From: the human T2T-CHM13v2.0 reference genome, Homo sapiens
Assembly (NCBI RefSeq): GCF_009914755.1
Contig: NC_060947.1
Direction: 5' to 3' (one strand)
DNA: 64,000 nt
Shown: positions 37,611-51,527 of the stretch, one piece after another
Layout of the letters: the number at the start of each line of letters is the position of its first letter
How positions within the stretch are numbered: the first letter of the stretch is position 1
The notes under the pieces: generated by a model
Told to the model about the DNA's origin: nothing
The model's input: the letters and a program-made list of their open reading frames with translations, nothing else
Database searches by the model: none
Program-made: the position numbers and the translations under genes

Positions 37611-39384
37611 CAAGCTCATACAGAATTCTGAGAGGTATACTGCTTTCTTAACAAAAGGCAGCTGGATAGTTCTGATCAGTTGAGCTCTGAGGTTTAAGTG
37701 ACAATTAAATGACATTTCTGTTTTGTTGTGTTGTGTTTCTGTACCAGGCCAGAGCTTATCTGCCAACCAATACATGCTGTGATGTACCTTTATCAAGCTG
37801 GGGGACTTTCACATTATTGTCTCGGCTTTAGCTCCAATACAAGACATTTCGTTTTAAAAGCCCTTTGCTCCCTGTGTGTTAATTAAAGTCATTTCAGTGG
37901 TCTCTGCTGCCAGTTTCCTCTGCTCTTCAATCTGAGTAATGTTAATTCAGTCCCAGAGTCCCCTGGAGATTCATTCAAGCTTCATTCCTGATTTATTTCT
38001 GTCCTGACCAGATGGCTCCAGGTTCCTGCGACTGCATGGGCATCTTTTGGATTATTCTGTTTATCTTTCCCAGTGCCCAAGATAAGGGTAGAGTCTAATG
38101 GAGTGCATTTGTCAGCAGGATAAGCCATTCACCACCACTGCTGCTTGAACACCATAACCAAAGTTATTAGATTTAATATATGCTTTCGTAAACTCCGTAG
38201 CAAAAGCTGGTGAAGGGTTGTTGATTTGTTTTTTGATCTTTTAGAAGATGCAGCCAATGGCGGGGCAGTAGCTGGCAGGACTGAGCAGAGAGGAAGGGGG
38301 ACTCTACAGGGAGCTCTGAAGGCTCCTGAGTCCTTCTCTGCCTTTAAGGATGTGGAAAAGATAGACATGTCATGAAAAAGATAGACAGAATATCTTTAAT
38401 GAAGCTAATAAACATGCAAAAGAAGATGTGATATTTAAAGAAACAGTACATCAAAACTGACAAATGCAATCTTTCACTGTGAGATCGAATTCAATTCACC
38501 CAAAGGGCACACTTGACTTTTGTTAAAAAATACTTGCCTTAGATTTCAACACAGTGAAAGCTCTCATATAAGCCAAGGCTAAAGCTGAATATGCTCTGGT
38601 TAGTGGGTTTTGCAACCCTGAAAAACATGCAGGAAGCCACACAATACAAAGATTTGGCATTTGGACTTGCACACATGTGCGCACGCGTGGACGCACACCA
38701 GCAAACATACAATCCAGTAATTATGAATTATCATCATTAGGGATTTCAGCCACCAAAAGTGTTTGTTGTTCAGAATGCCGTAAGGATGCACAATTCACAC
38801 ATATTTTCAGATTGTTGGTTCTGATTCCTGGATCAGTTCCTCTTATGGCCTACCCATGCATACAATGCATAATCCTGGTGGGCTCTAGAAGCAGGGGTTG
38901 CTAATTGTCCTTTATCCTAGAGAAGCCAAATGAAGAATTTCTGGCTTTTGGTTCTAACTAGCCTACTATGTACCTTTTTTTAGGCTGGCCATGGGGAAAG
39001 CAAAGGTTAATAAAGCAGTATGCTTGCCTCAGAAGCCAATTAGAGGCTTTTGCCTACAAAAGCAATTATAATGCAATGCTGTCTGTGAAGAGTGCTATAA
39101 AAGGTAAAAACCTTGCAATCGAGTGGTGAGCAAATTAATCTGGGAAGTCTTTGCAGATTTAATCTAGACCTTGAAAACTGGAAACGGCAGTGGCAGGTTG
39201 ATGTGTTCTGTGTAGGTTTGGAGGGTAAAGGTGGAGGGAACGGGCTGTAGTACATTCAGCATAAACAAAGGTAGAAGCCAGAAAGAGCAAGGAATCTGTG
39301 AAACTGGGAGCAAAGTGGTATTTTCTAACATGGTTGGAAGAGAGGATGTGAGAGAACAGAGACTAGAAAGACAATGCCAATAAC

Positions 39385-39560
39385 AAATAACTGAAATAAT
39401 AATAACTATTATATTTTGCCTGCTTTGTATTGGCACTGTGCTAAGTGCTTTTCACCCATTATCTCATTTAAAGCACACAACTCTTGCAAGTAGGTATTGT
39501 TATTTCTATTTTATAGATGAGGAAACTGAGGAACAGATAATTTATATAACTCAAGATTTC
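39385..39560. mobile_element. MIR
   Basis: MIR core attttatagatgaggaaactgagg. Confidence 0.8.
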
Positions 39561-39569
39561 AATCTGGGG

Positions 39570-39790
39570 CAGGGGTGAGGGTGTCCAATCTTTTGCCACA
39601 TTGGAAGAAGAAGAATTGTCTTGGGCCACACCTAAAATACACTAACACTAACGATAGCTGATGAGCTAGAAAAAAATTGAAAAAAAACTCATAATGTTTT
39701 AAGAAAGTTTACAAATTTGTGTTGGGCCAAATTCAAAGCCATCCTGGGCCGCATGTGGCATGAGGGCCATAGGTTGAACAAGCTTGCTGT
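39570..39790 (+). mobile_element. MER30 hAT DNA transposon
   Basis: Motifs gggtgtccaatctttt, gaagaagaattgtcttgggccacac and ggttgaacaagcttg. Confidence 0.85.
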
Positions 39791-42416
39791 ACGGTATTGC
39801 CTATAACATGTGCTGAAGAACTCTGTTGGGGCATCAGAAGGGAGCTGAGATGGAGGGTTCTGATTACCTGGTGGGCCTGACTCTGCTCCTCCTTACCTTC
39901 ATGCACTCTTACATTAACTGTCCTCGCCCTCCTTTGTCCTTCTGCAGTTTATTCAAATTGTGAAGTCCCACCATAGCCATGTTCTTGACGTATTGTGCCA
40001 TGCGTGTATTTTATCTCTCTGACTCATCTTCTGTTTCCTTAAAGGAAGGGATCTTGTCTGTCCTTTCATATCTTCCCCAGGGCGAGGAACTGAAAACACA
40101 TATGATGGTTAATTGATTGATTAGGATTTCACTAAGCATTCCACTTAGGCACTTACCTACCTGTAATGCTTGTTGACTGCTTGATTGAACACCTTCCTCA
40201 TTAACTCCATCTGGACAGGCAACTTTTCTGCATATGTGCCAGATCCAGTGCTAGGCACTGTCACTTTCATGATTTCACTTAATTCTCTCTAGATGTGTAC
40301 TGTGCATTCCCATTTCACAAGATGAGTAAACTGAGGTTCATTGAGGTTAGGTGGCATGTTTCAAAGAATAACTCAAAGGCATATTGTTAGTTATTATCAA
40401 GCTAACTTACTTGAATACAAAATACTAATAACAGATTGATTTCATCTAACAAAGGATTTATCTACAAGGAAGAAGAAGAGAGAGGTAAGAAGGAAAACCA
40501 CAGGCATATTTGAAAATGGTGAACCCTGCTTTCCTCTTGCTGGGCGAACTGGTGACCAGCAAGGGGCCAAGTGGGCTGTTCTGCCCTTGGACAGCAGACT
40601 AGGTCCTCAAAGAAAACAAATTCGGTTGTTTATGGGTTCCCCATAAGGCCTCGGAAGTTTAGCTATGAGCAATGTGTGACAGGCTGTCTCTGTGTTTTGG
40701 CTGTCACTGTCTTTAGTTAACACCTTCATCTCAGCTATGTCATTTGGGCACCAGCTCCCTTCCAGAATTTCTCAACTACTGCCTCAGTCACTCAGCAACC
40801 AAGCCGGGCTGACTATGAAGGTTTCAGGTTCCTTTTGACTCTGATCATGGGTTAACTGTTGTTTTGAGATCCTGGCTGTGCAGGCACATTTAGGCAGTTG
40901 GAGTTAGACGGTGGAGGAGGGCAAAAAGCCTAAGTTCAATCATAATAATAAATATCGAAACTCACTTCATGTCCAATGTTTTAGTTTCCCAAAGCCCAAC
41001 CAGGAGAGCAATTTGGGCTTCGTCAAACTTGCCAAAGGATTAGTTTGGCCAATATTAGATAAGCAAGTGGCTTTTTCATTCATTCATTGATTTATTGCCC
41101 CATTTCTCCTGAAGTATTTATCCAGACATAATAAAATGTGTCACCCATTGCCCCGACTTCACCTTGGCTTGTGAGCAAATAAAAATTCTAAGACTCCAGC
41201 TTGGCTGGTGAGCAAATAAAAATTCTATCTGATAGATTTACGCTTAAATGTTCTGCTTCTAATGCTTGAGCTATTTCATTTGCTATTTGAGCCAAAGTCT
41301 GATATAAATTGTGGATAACATGATCTATTTCAGGAACTCCTGCTCAGAGTATAAATCCTTGCACAAATCAGTAAAATACAGTATCATGGATACCTCCTGG
41401 TAAGGTAACATGTCAAAATATTAATAAAATAAGATCACTGGGAGGTTCTGTTTTGAATGTTTGGAAAGGCTGAATGAATATACTGAAAGTGTACAGCATA
41501 TTTTAATGCAGCAAGCATAGAAAATCCATTTTATTACACCCAAAGAAAGTCCCAGAAGTGCACATTGAGAAGGCATATATGTGTTGTTTATGGTAGGTAC
41601 CACTTATTGTCTGAATTTAATAGATCTGATTGTTGACGAAAACACTCTAGAGTTAAATAAATCATTTATATAGTTTTTGTTTAGATTTGTGGTAAAATAA
41701 TTGGACTATAGTTTGCATCATTAGTCTCATGCCTATCCTATTCTTGATATTTCCCCAGTTTCTTTGAAAGTTCTTGGAAATATCAGAAACAACAGTTAAT
41801 TGTTAATGACCTAGTGTCAAGTTAAGGCATATAGATGTCTCAAGGTTAATATTTCTGTATTGAAGATAGAAGGGAATGACATGGTCAGTCTTAGGGTGAA
41901 ATCTGATACCATTTAGTCCTATAGGCATGGGTATAAGGGTCTTACTAGAACATCTGGGGCTGGATGAGAAATCCAGCAGCTGAAAAGATTGGCTGTTGTT
42001 GCAGTTGTTTGAGAAAGGCAAATTCACAGAGTTTCTGGAAAATGAAAGTGTTAAAAAAATGGAAAAAAAAGAGTAGGGTGACCATTTTAACAATCTAGTA
42101 TCTTGAGATACCACAAAATAAAAACAATAAAGGGAAAAAGAGGAGTCAAATAATAAAATGAGGGTCTGTTGCCCTGATTCTGGATCTTAACTAGAAGGTC
42201 TTGGGAGAGGGCTCTCCACTTCAGGAAGTCTTTGCTTATGCAGTCCTTTTTGATGACTCTCAGAGTTAAGTCTCTAGTGGGACTGGAGAGATGTCTCAGT
42301 GGTAGGATACTTAACACACTGACACTGGCTTGCATGTACCCATGGCTACACAGTCTGGAGTTAAAATGTAGTACTTGTAGTTAAAAGGACCTGAAATGGT
42401 CTTTTCTAGTGTGCCT

Positions 42417-42518
42417 CTTCTTCTTCTTCTTCTTCTTCTTGTTCTTCTTCTTCTTCTTCTTCTTCTTCTTCTTCTTCTTCTTCTTCTTCTTCTTCTTCTT
42501 CTTCTTCTTCTTCTTCTT
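42417..42518. repeat. (CTT)8 GTT (CTT)25, a GAA triplet repeat forming the tail of an antisense Alu (to about 42750)
   Basis: Counted directly; abuts the Alu 3' end ttttcagagacagg. Confidence 0.96.
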
Positions 42519-43274
42519 TTTCAGAGACAGGGTTTCATTCTGTTGCACAGGGTGGAGTGCAGTGGTGTGATCATAGCTCACTGCAGTCTTGAACTCCTGG
42601 GCTCTAGCAATCCTCTGCCTCAGCCTCCTGAGTAGCTGAGACTACAGTACACACCATCATGCCCAGCTAATTTTTAAAGTTTTTTGCTATGTTGTCCAGG
42701 CTGATCTTGAACTCTCAGCCTCAAGTGATCCTCCCACCTTGGCCTGCCCATCTAGTACAACCAACTTTCATCAGTTTCTCTTCCAGCATCTCCAGTCTCC
42801 TGACTACAAATCATGTAAGGGTATAGCTGGTAATATTCTCTTTGAAAATGCAGCTTGCACCTGTTGGGCATATGATGTCATTTTTGACAATATTTGACAA
42901 GCTTGAAGTGTTTACAAGGTGGAATCCGATAGAGGAGGAGTCATCACAGTCTCATGGGTCTTCCTGGAATTGTTTCAAGGGGAGAGCCTGTTAAGATTTT
43001 GAGATGAGATGACTATTGCCTATCGTTACAGCTGATGGTTAGAGTTTAGGTCAGGAGAGATTAAACTCTTCTGAGTATTATGAGAGATCATTGGCCCATT
43101 CTATTTTGCAAAAACTTAGTGAGTGGATCAATGTGAGCAAGGAAGTTTTTGTTTTAATGGGAGTACTTTACACAGTTTCTTAAGTATTTCCACCTGTAAA
43201 GTGAAATTTTCTATCACTAGAGAGTAATATATGTACTCTATCACTAGAGAGTAATGCAGGTGGGAAAAAACAAT

Positions 43275-43304
43275 ATCTATCAATCTATTATCTATCTATC
43301 TATC

Positions 43305-43354
<50 letters not shown>
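43275..43354. repeat. Compound (TATC)n tetranucleotide STR
   Basis: Seen directly. Confidence 0.95.
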
Positions 43355-43357
<3 letters not shown>

Positions 43358-44253
43358 TCACCTTTTAGCAAGGGAAAACTTTAATCCAAGTATAAACCTA
43401 ACGCACCATTATAACTGAATGAAATCCATTTGGAAATGTTCAAATGGTTTTTGAGGCAAAGGTTCTGAACTTTGCCTTTTTCTGCAGCTTTTCCTGGGTC
43501 ATGATAACAACAGAGAAGGCAAGATTTGGCCACCTGTCTCAAGGAAGATTTTTCTCAGCGAGATTTTTGAAAAATTTGAGCAATTTGTCATTGTGAATAA
43601 TTTCACAGAGAAAGCACTAAAGGTCTGGAGATGGCCTCTGGTGACATTAAGCACTCATCCTGGCAATGCCAAAGCCCATTATTGCACATGTGACAGTTTG
43701 GAGAAGGCCACTATTTCTTTTCTTCTGAAGTGGCAGGTTATCATATTTGAATAAGTCATTCAGGATTCATTAAATCAGATTGAGTAAGTGTCTTTAGAAT
43801 ACCTACTGTAGCAAGAACAGAAAGGACTGCTTATTTTACATAATAGTCAGAAATTCCCTTTTGCTTTAAAAGTACTACCTTTAGAATGAGTTTCTCCATT
43901 TCTAATCTATACTTCATTTGGATGTTATATTGCCTCTTATAAATTACTTTTTTTTCCATTTTAGTTGGGGTGCCTGGTGAGATTAGAAAACCTCTTTGTT
44001 TTCATAATGTACTAAAAAAATCATGAGCAACTCCAAAGATACATCTATTTGTATAGATGTGTACTCAAGTGTTTAGCAAGGTGACATGCTGGTGATGTAA
44101 CTGTCATTCAGCTATTTGAGTGGAGTGAGCTATTGATAAAGAACAGCTATAATAGCAGAATAGTCAGAACTTATGGCATAGCCAGCACAAAATATGCTTC
44201 GCTTATTCTCAAGATATGAGCCATCAACAAACATCATATCAGAGTTTTCTAGC

Positions 44254-44456
44254 CAGTGGTTCTCAAGGTTTTCAACCTTTAGCATGCGTCAGAATCACCT
44301 GGAGGGCTTGTTGAACTACACAATGCTGGTTTCCACTTCCAGAGTTTTGAATTCAGAAGATCTGGAGTGGGGCCCAACAATGCGGATCCCAGAAAAAGTG
44401 CCAGATGATGCTGAGGCTGCTGGTCTGGGGACTATACTTTGAGAGGCATTGCTGTA
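44254..44456. mobile_element. MER5A
   Basis: Motifs cagtggttctcaa, cagaatcacctggagggcttgtt and ctttgagaggcattg. Confidence 0.85.
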
Positions 44457-44988
44457 GAAGAGCATCAAGTGTCAGGCTGAAGAATACTGAGAGTTTAAAT
44501 AGCTGCTAGACATTCATGACATTCAGTCATTCAAAAGAGGAAGTAGGATATCAGCACTTGGATTAGAACAATATTTAACAGTTTTGGGTGAAGCAGAACA
44601 TAACAGAACTTCATAGAAGGCAATGAGACTGGCTGACAACCATTGAGTGTTATTCTGAAGTAATAAGATTTCTACTCCTCAGGAATCTCTAGGGTGAGGG
44701 AGAGGCAAAGAAGATATCTGCTGGAGCTTCCACCAATCTAGCTGCTGCCCCATGGCATATAAACAGGGGGGAACAAGCCTCGGCCACACGGCCAGAGACA
44801 TAAGTGATGATCTTATGATAAGCTCCTGATTTTTGAGTAAGCTCATCAAAACGAAGTCTTGCCTTTCGTAGGAAGAGCTTAGCAGAGTTGGGAATGCTCA
44901 AAATTGGGTTTGTTGCAAGGCTTGCTTAAGGGACGAAAAGCCCTGCTGTGATCTGAATCCCAAAGCAGGTTCTCTAGAATACTGGATT

Positions 44989-46310
44989 TGTAGGGGAGGA
45001 AAACTAATTTTCTCTCTACCCTTTGTTGACAAAAAGAGTCAAACTGTGTAAAATATTTGAAGAGATTTATTCTGAGCCAAATATGAGTGACCGTGACCTG
45101 TGACACAGCCCTCAGGAGGTCCAAGAACATGTGCCCAAGGTGATAGTGGTACAGTTTGGTTTTATATATTTTAAGAAGACATGAGACATCAATCAAATAC
45201 ATTTAAGAAATACATTGGTTTGATTCAGAAAGGCGGGACAACTCAAAGCATGGGGGTGGGGGAGGGGGAGGGGAGGGGGAGGGGGACAGGGGGTAAGGGG
45301 GTGGGTGGGGATTCCAGGCTATAGATAAATTTAAACATTTTCTGATTGACAGTTGGTTGAGTTTGTCTAAAGACCTGGGAACCTGGGATCAATAGAAAGG
45401 AAACAGTTTTATAGTGGCTGCCCTTAGAGACAATAGATGAAAAATAATTCCTATTCAGATCTTTAAAAGGTGGTAGACTTTAGTTAATCTCTTTAGGATT
45501 GGGAAGGCCTGGAAGAAAAAGATCTAGCTATGTTAATAGAGATTCTTTACAGATACAGATTTTCCCCTACAAAGGACGGCTTTGCAAGGCCATTTCAAGA
45601 TATGGCAGAGAAACATATTTTGGGGTAAAATATTTTGATTTTCCTCCTTGTCTCGTAACGTTATGCCAGGGTCAGGTTGGAAAGTAAGCCATGATATATA
45701 GGGTTAAATAAAACCCATCTGATGAGAATTTATGGTTTGTAGGGCATGATTCCCCAGGCCCCTTAGATAGGAATTTGGGCAAGATTAAAAAAAAAAAAAA
45801 ATCAGAGCTTAGTCTTCACCTTCATAATTCTCAATTGGGATGGACCCCTGTAACAAAAGACAGATGAACAAGAGAAAAACAAACAGAAGTTTATTCACAT
45901 GTAAACCTCATGTATATATGAGAGATACCCAGAGAAATGAATAATCTCCAAGAGGTGGCTTAGAGTTTAGTCTTAAATGCCATCTTCAATTAAAACAAAG
46001 AAAGAATGGTGTTGGGGAGGCCAGTTATGAGATGACTAGGAAAAGCAAGGAAAACAAGGGCAAGGGTTGTTATACAGATTTAAGTCTATGCCTTCCCCAT
46101 TGATAAGAATCTCTAGTGATTTACGGTAATCATTTTCTTCCTGGTACTGAGAGAGAGAGAGACACCCTTGCAAATTGAGATTTCATTTATACATGTAAAT
46201 TTCCCTTATAAAGCAGTAACTTCTACTCTGTTTTCAGAGCTTTTCCTGTGTCTGCAATTTCTCAAAATAATCAGCTCAAAATAATCATTATGCTAAAGAG
46301 GTATATTCTG
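44989..46310 (-). mobile_element. MER34/MER39-like LTR interrupted by a MER4-family solo LTR (45024-45818)
   Basis: The inner LTR has TG..CA ends and TSD CCTT. The outer element starts tgtaggggaggaaaacta, like the copy at 48834. Confidence 0.78.
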
Positions 46311-47364
46311 TAGTACCTGACTATAAGATGTGTCTTCAGCAGCTGTTTTTTAAATGATTATCAGTGTTTTCTTCCAGTATTCTGATCATTAAACTCTAAT
46401 GTAAGTGCCTTAGCAGGTACTGATATCATAATATTAACCAAACAATAATTAGGATGTATTCTCTGTCTTTCAGTATACCAAATATAATATACTTGTGAAT
46501 GGAGGCATGTCATATATATGAATCCTTCACTTATGTGAAGTACATCTTCCAACAATACATTATATTTTGCTCTACATTAGCAGAAGGTATTATTCACAGT
46601 TCCAAGCCCTTTTCTATAGACATTCATTGCTTTTAAAGTAGCCAGCAATATAATCACTAATTTTATTTGGTTTACTTAAAAAAATCCTTTCCCTCAGCTA
46701 CTCAACAGCTATTCCTCACTCTTCTGTCAACATGCCTATTTCTAAGAGCCTACTTCATGTAATTGCTTCTAATTTGCTATAGGAGGAGACTAGACAACAA
46801 GCTTGTTAGTGAGTGTTGTGTAAGGGGAGGAATTCCAAAGTCTGAATGAGGGCTCAGGGCAATGAAATAGGTCAGCTTTAGAGCACTGGCTTTGTTAATG
46901 GCTGTTTTCTGTGCTCCTCTGCCTTTTTTGCATGATTCCTGCCTTCTGCCTCTGCCTTTGTGGAGGTGGCGGTCAGGCTGACACCTTAGAAGGATGTTAC
47001 TGCAAACATAAATTCCACACAGAGTCTTATGCAAGATCCTTGTTTGGATATAACAAAGAAACACATGACTTAATTCTTGGGAACTTGATCTAATTTTAGA
47101 TAGTAAATCCTCATAAGAACAAAGCAACAACATCACAGATTTATCACACATAAAGTGGTTAAGCACTAAAGGAATACATCATGAAGATTTTCTGGAAGAG
47201 ATATGTATTAAATCAATTTTTCTTTGAAAAAGTGAGAGATATGCTTCGGTGAGAGTCAGAGAAGGCTGTAAAAAGATAATTTTCAGAAAAAGGTAAAATC
47301 ATGACTCTCATAAAGATAGAAAAATGAACTCATGTTAAATAATTTATTTTACTCCTGTCAAAGA

Positions 47365-48345
47365 GAACCAGAGCCTTACAGACTGGCACTTTGACATGCC
47401 AAGAGGCCTTAGGGGCTGCTTCACATTCAAGGTTCCTCTAACCTTCTCTTGTCTCCCTGTTGCCAGAAAGGAGTCCCGATTCAGATCCCAAGAGAGGGTT
47501 CTTGGATCTTGCACATGAAATAATTTGAAGCAAATTCATAAAGTGAAAGCAAGTTTATTAAGAAAGTAAAGGAATAGGGCTGGGCACGGTGGCTCACGCC
47601 TGTAATCCCAGCACTTTGGGAGGCTGAGGTGGGTGGATCACGAGGTCAGGAGTTAAAGAGCACCCTGACCAAGGTGGTGAAACCCTCTCTCTTCCATTTA
47701 ATAAGGAGATTGCATCATTGCACTCCAGCCTGGGCGACAAGAGTCAGACGCTGTCTCAAAAAAAAAAAAAAAAAAAAAAGAGAGAAGGGAGGGAAGGAGA
47801 GGCACAAATGAGATACTGGTTTAATGGGATCCTTTACCACTCAGCTATTGACTCGATTTTCCTCTCCACAGCCACCAACTCAGCTTTTAATGTATGAAAC
47901 TTCTAGGGTAGTTTCAGACAGGGGAATGTTAAGGCTCAGAAGGAGATATCCTAAAGACTAGTGCTTTGACATGCTGAGAGGCCTTAGAAGCGCCTTAGAA
48001 TCGAGGTCCCTCCAACCTTGTCTTGTACCCTCATCCTCAAGCACAGGAAGTAACTCTCTCTAGAATTTTTTTTTTACTTAACCAAGAAAGGCTTCTTTGC
48101 AAAAGAAACACAATTGCCTTCTTCCCCTCCCTGAAATCTCATTATCTATCATGCAACCACATCTGGATGGACTTTTCCACAAAATAATGCCTGCCTCTTG
48201 GGCTCATTTAAGTTTCAAATAGAATAATTTACAAGTTAATTTCTATTTATTCATTCTCTCTAATAATTATATGCTGCCCCTCAAAAGAATTCTCTACATT
48301 CCTTATCTGCTTTCTCCCTCTATGAAAAAGGGTATATAAGCTTCT
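47365..48345. mobile_element. Fragmented ERV1 LTR cluster with an internally deleted Alu (47577-47780)
   Basis: The motif ctttgacatgc..agaggccttag occurs at about 47390 and 47965; other LTR-like motifs; both Alu ends present. Confidence 0.55.
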
Positions 48346-48736
48346 GCTAGAATGTGCCCATATTAATTTTGCTCAAAAGCTTCCTGAATGCAGCCAAGAA
48401 TCTTTGCTACCCCTTTTATTAAAAAATAACTTTGTAATTAAAAAATAATTTAAATATTTTCTTCTATGGTAGAATTCCCAGGAGAACCTTCAGTTTTATA
48501 GGATTTGGGGGGAGATTTATGAAAAACCACTGGGTCATTTTTAGTTAGGTGACATTTGTCCTTTCATTTTTTGTGAATAGTGTAGTAGAAGCAACATGAA
48601 ACTAAGATACAAAGCCAGAAGGCTCAAATGCCACATGCGTGTCTTTGGCTCCATTTAGACCATAGTCACAGAGTGCTCTTGGAGTTTAGATGACGCCCTA
48701 TAAATAGTGTGGTCAGCTACAGTTTGAGCTCAGACC

Positions 48737-49712
48737 TGACAAAGACTCACTCCTTGGCCAAACTTTAGACAGGCTCCTTTGAGTCCTTTTTGCCTACTAG
48801 GACTTGGGTCCTGTCTACCGCCTGCCTAGGCTATGTAGGGGAGGAAAACTAAACTTTTTCCTCTACACATCTTAGATTCATTGTCTAGGGCCCCATAACT
48901 TTGACCATCAAAAAACAGATTAACAAGAGAAAAACAAGCAGAAATTTGTTAACATGTACATCTTATATACACAGGGGAGCACTCAGTGATGAGTAACTCA
49001 AAGGGGTGGCTAGAAGTTAGGGACCATATATACCCAACTTAGTAGGAGAAAGGGAGGAGGGAGAAAGGGTGCTTATAGAAAAGCAAATAACTTTTTGGAA
49101 ATATAAATGGACCCTTAGGAGAATAGATGGGAGATATGATAGTCTTGTGATGGTGTGTGTTTGAGTGTGGTGCTGACTTCTTACTTCTGAGAAGATTGAA
49201 GTTGCTCTTGGGCAGGGGATTTATGACAATTGAATTTTGTTGAGTTTTTTTTCTTTTTTTTCTTTTTTTTGGAGACTCTGCTTTTAGGCATACAAGGGAT
49301 TTCAGAAACTCAAATATCTTCAGCTCAAAATAATTTGTGTGCCAAAGTGGAATGTTTTGAGGTGGCATATACTGATCCACTTCATTCAGTTGTAGCAAGA
49401 ATGCTACTAAGTCAGTTTAGTGAGAATTCTCCCACCCTTGGTACTGATCAACCTGGCCTGCCTTTGGCAAGATTCTTGTTCAATTGGTTTATCAAGAATT
49501 CTCCCTACCTTTGAGATCTCCTCTTAGTAATTTTCTACCCACTGACCCCTTCACTCTGCTGAGTGGCTATAACTCCCCAGCTATCTTTGCAGTATTTATA
49601 GTTCAGCCCAATCTCTATCCCCTATTAAGATAGTGCTGACTCTATCACAACAGTCCTGAATAAAGTCTTCCTTACCATTTAGAAAAATGTCAGAATAATT
49701 TTTTCTTTAACA
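48737..49712 (+). mobile_element. MER31-like LTR interrupted by an antisense MER34/39-like LTR (about 48834-49390)
   Basis: Runs from tgacaaagactcactccttggccaaacttt to aataaagtcttccttacc..tttaaca and is similar to 55111-55597. Confidence 0.7.
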
Positions 49713-51111
49713 GAAAGGATGTTAACAGTCTATAAGTTACCTATTGCTTCAGCATCTTCCTTTTCATTAAAAAAATCCTTTTATTAAAAAAGCCTATTTT
49801 CATACAATGTGGTTCAGGACATGCTACCCCAAAATATGGCACATTAGCATATTAAATATTTTAAGATGGAGGAATTTCAGAAGTCCACGGAACCAGGAAG
49901 TTCACTCTGACCTCCCCCACACTCCTGCTCTTCTCGCCTGAAGCAAGGCATAAAACCTAGCAAGGACTATCTTTAGTAAAACGGGGTTTCACCATGTTAG
50001 CCAGGTTGGTCTCGATCTCCTCACCTTGTGATCTGCCCGCCTTGGCATCCCAAAGTGCTGGGATTACAGGCGTGAGCCACCATGCCTGGCCAGTTCTTTT
50101 TTAAATGGTTGGTAAAATTCAGCAATGAAGCCATTGGATCCTGGCCTTTTCTTTGCTGGGAGACTTTTTATTACAGCTTTGATCTCATTACTTGCTATTG
50201 GTCTGTTCAGGTTTTGCATTTCTTCATGGTTCAAGTTGAGTAGGTTGTGTGTATTTTTTATCAATTTTTTCTAGGTTTTCCAATTTATTGGCATATAGTT
50301 GCTCGTAGTAGCTTCTAATGATTAGAATTTCTGTGGTATCATTTGTAATGGCTCCCTTTTCATCTCTGATTTTATTTATTTGGGTCTTCTTTTTCTTAGT
50401 TGGTCTGAATAAAGTTTTGTTGATTTCGTTTATCTTTTCAGAAAACCAGCTTTTAGTTTTGTTGATCTTTCATATTGTTCTTTTCATTTTAAGTTCATTT
50501 ATTTCTGCTTGATCTTTTTCATTTCTTCTACTAATTTTGGGTTTGGTTTGCTATTGCTTTTCTAGTTCTTTTATATCATTAGGTTGTTTGTTTGAAGATT
50601 TTCTACTTTTTTGACGTAGGTTCTTATTGTTAAAACTTTCCTCTTAGTACTGCTTTCACTGTATCCCATAGGTTTTGGTATATTGTGTTTCTGTTTTCAT
50701 TTGTTTCAAGAAATTTTTTCAATTTTCTTCTTAATTTCTTCACTGACCTGCTGGTTTTTTTGGGAGCATATTGTTTAACTTCCATGTGCTTATATAGTTT
50801 ACAAAATTCTTCTTGTTATTGATTTCCAGTTTTAGCTCCTTTTTGTGTTATTTGCTTCTTTTGTCTTGCTGCTTTTAGGATCCTTTCTTTATTCTTGACC
50901 TTTGGGAGTTTGATTATTAAATGCCTTGAAATAGTCTTCTTTGGGTTAAATTGGCTTGGTGTTTTGTAACCTTCTTGTACTTGAATATTGATATCTTTCT
51001 CTAGGTTTGGTAAATGATCTGTTATTAATTATCCCTTTGAATAAACTTTCTACCCAAATCTCTCTCTCTCTACCTCCTTTTTAGGCCAATAATTCAGATT
51101 AGCCCTTTTGA

Positions 51112-51527
<416 letters not shown>

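Noticed and set aside
42381-42635. Poly-Lys and poly-Leu ORFs
   Set aside because: They are the GAA repeat plus Alu sequence.
43210-43255. Superficial resemblance of the 19-bp repeat to a tet operator or CRISPR repeat
   Set aside because: Only two copies, not palindromic like tetO, an 8-bp spacer, and a eukaryotic context with no vector or cas sequence.
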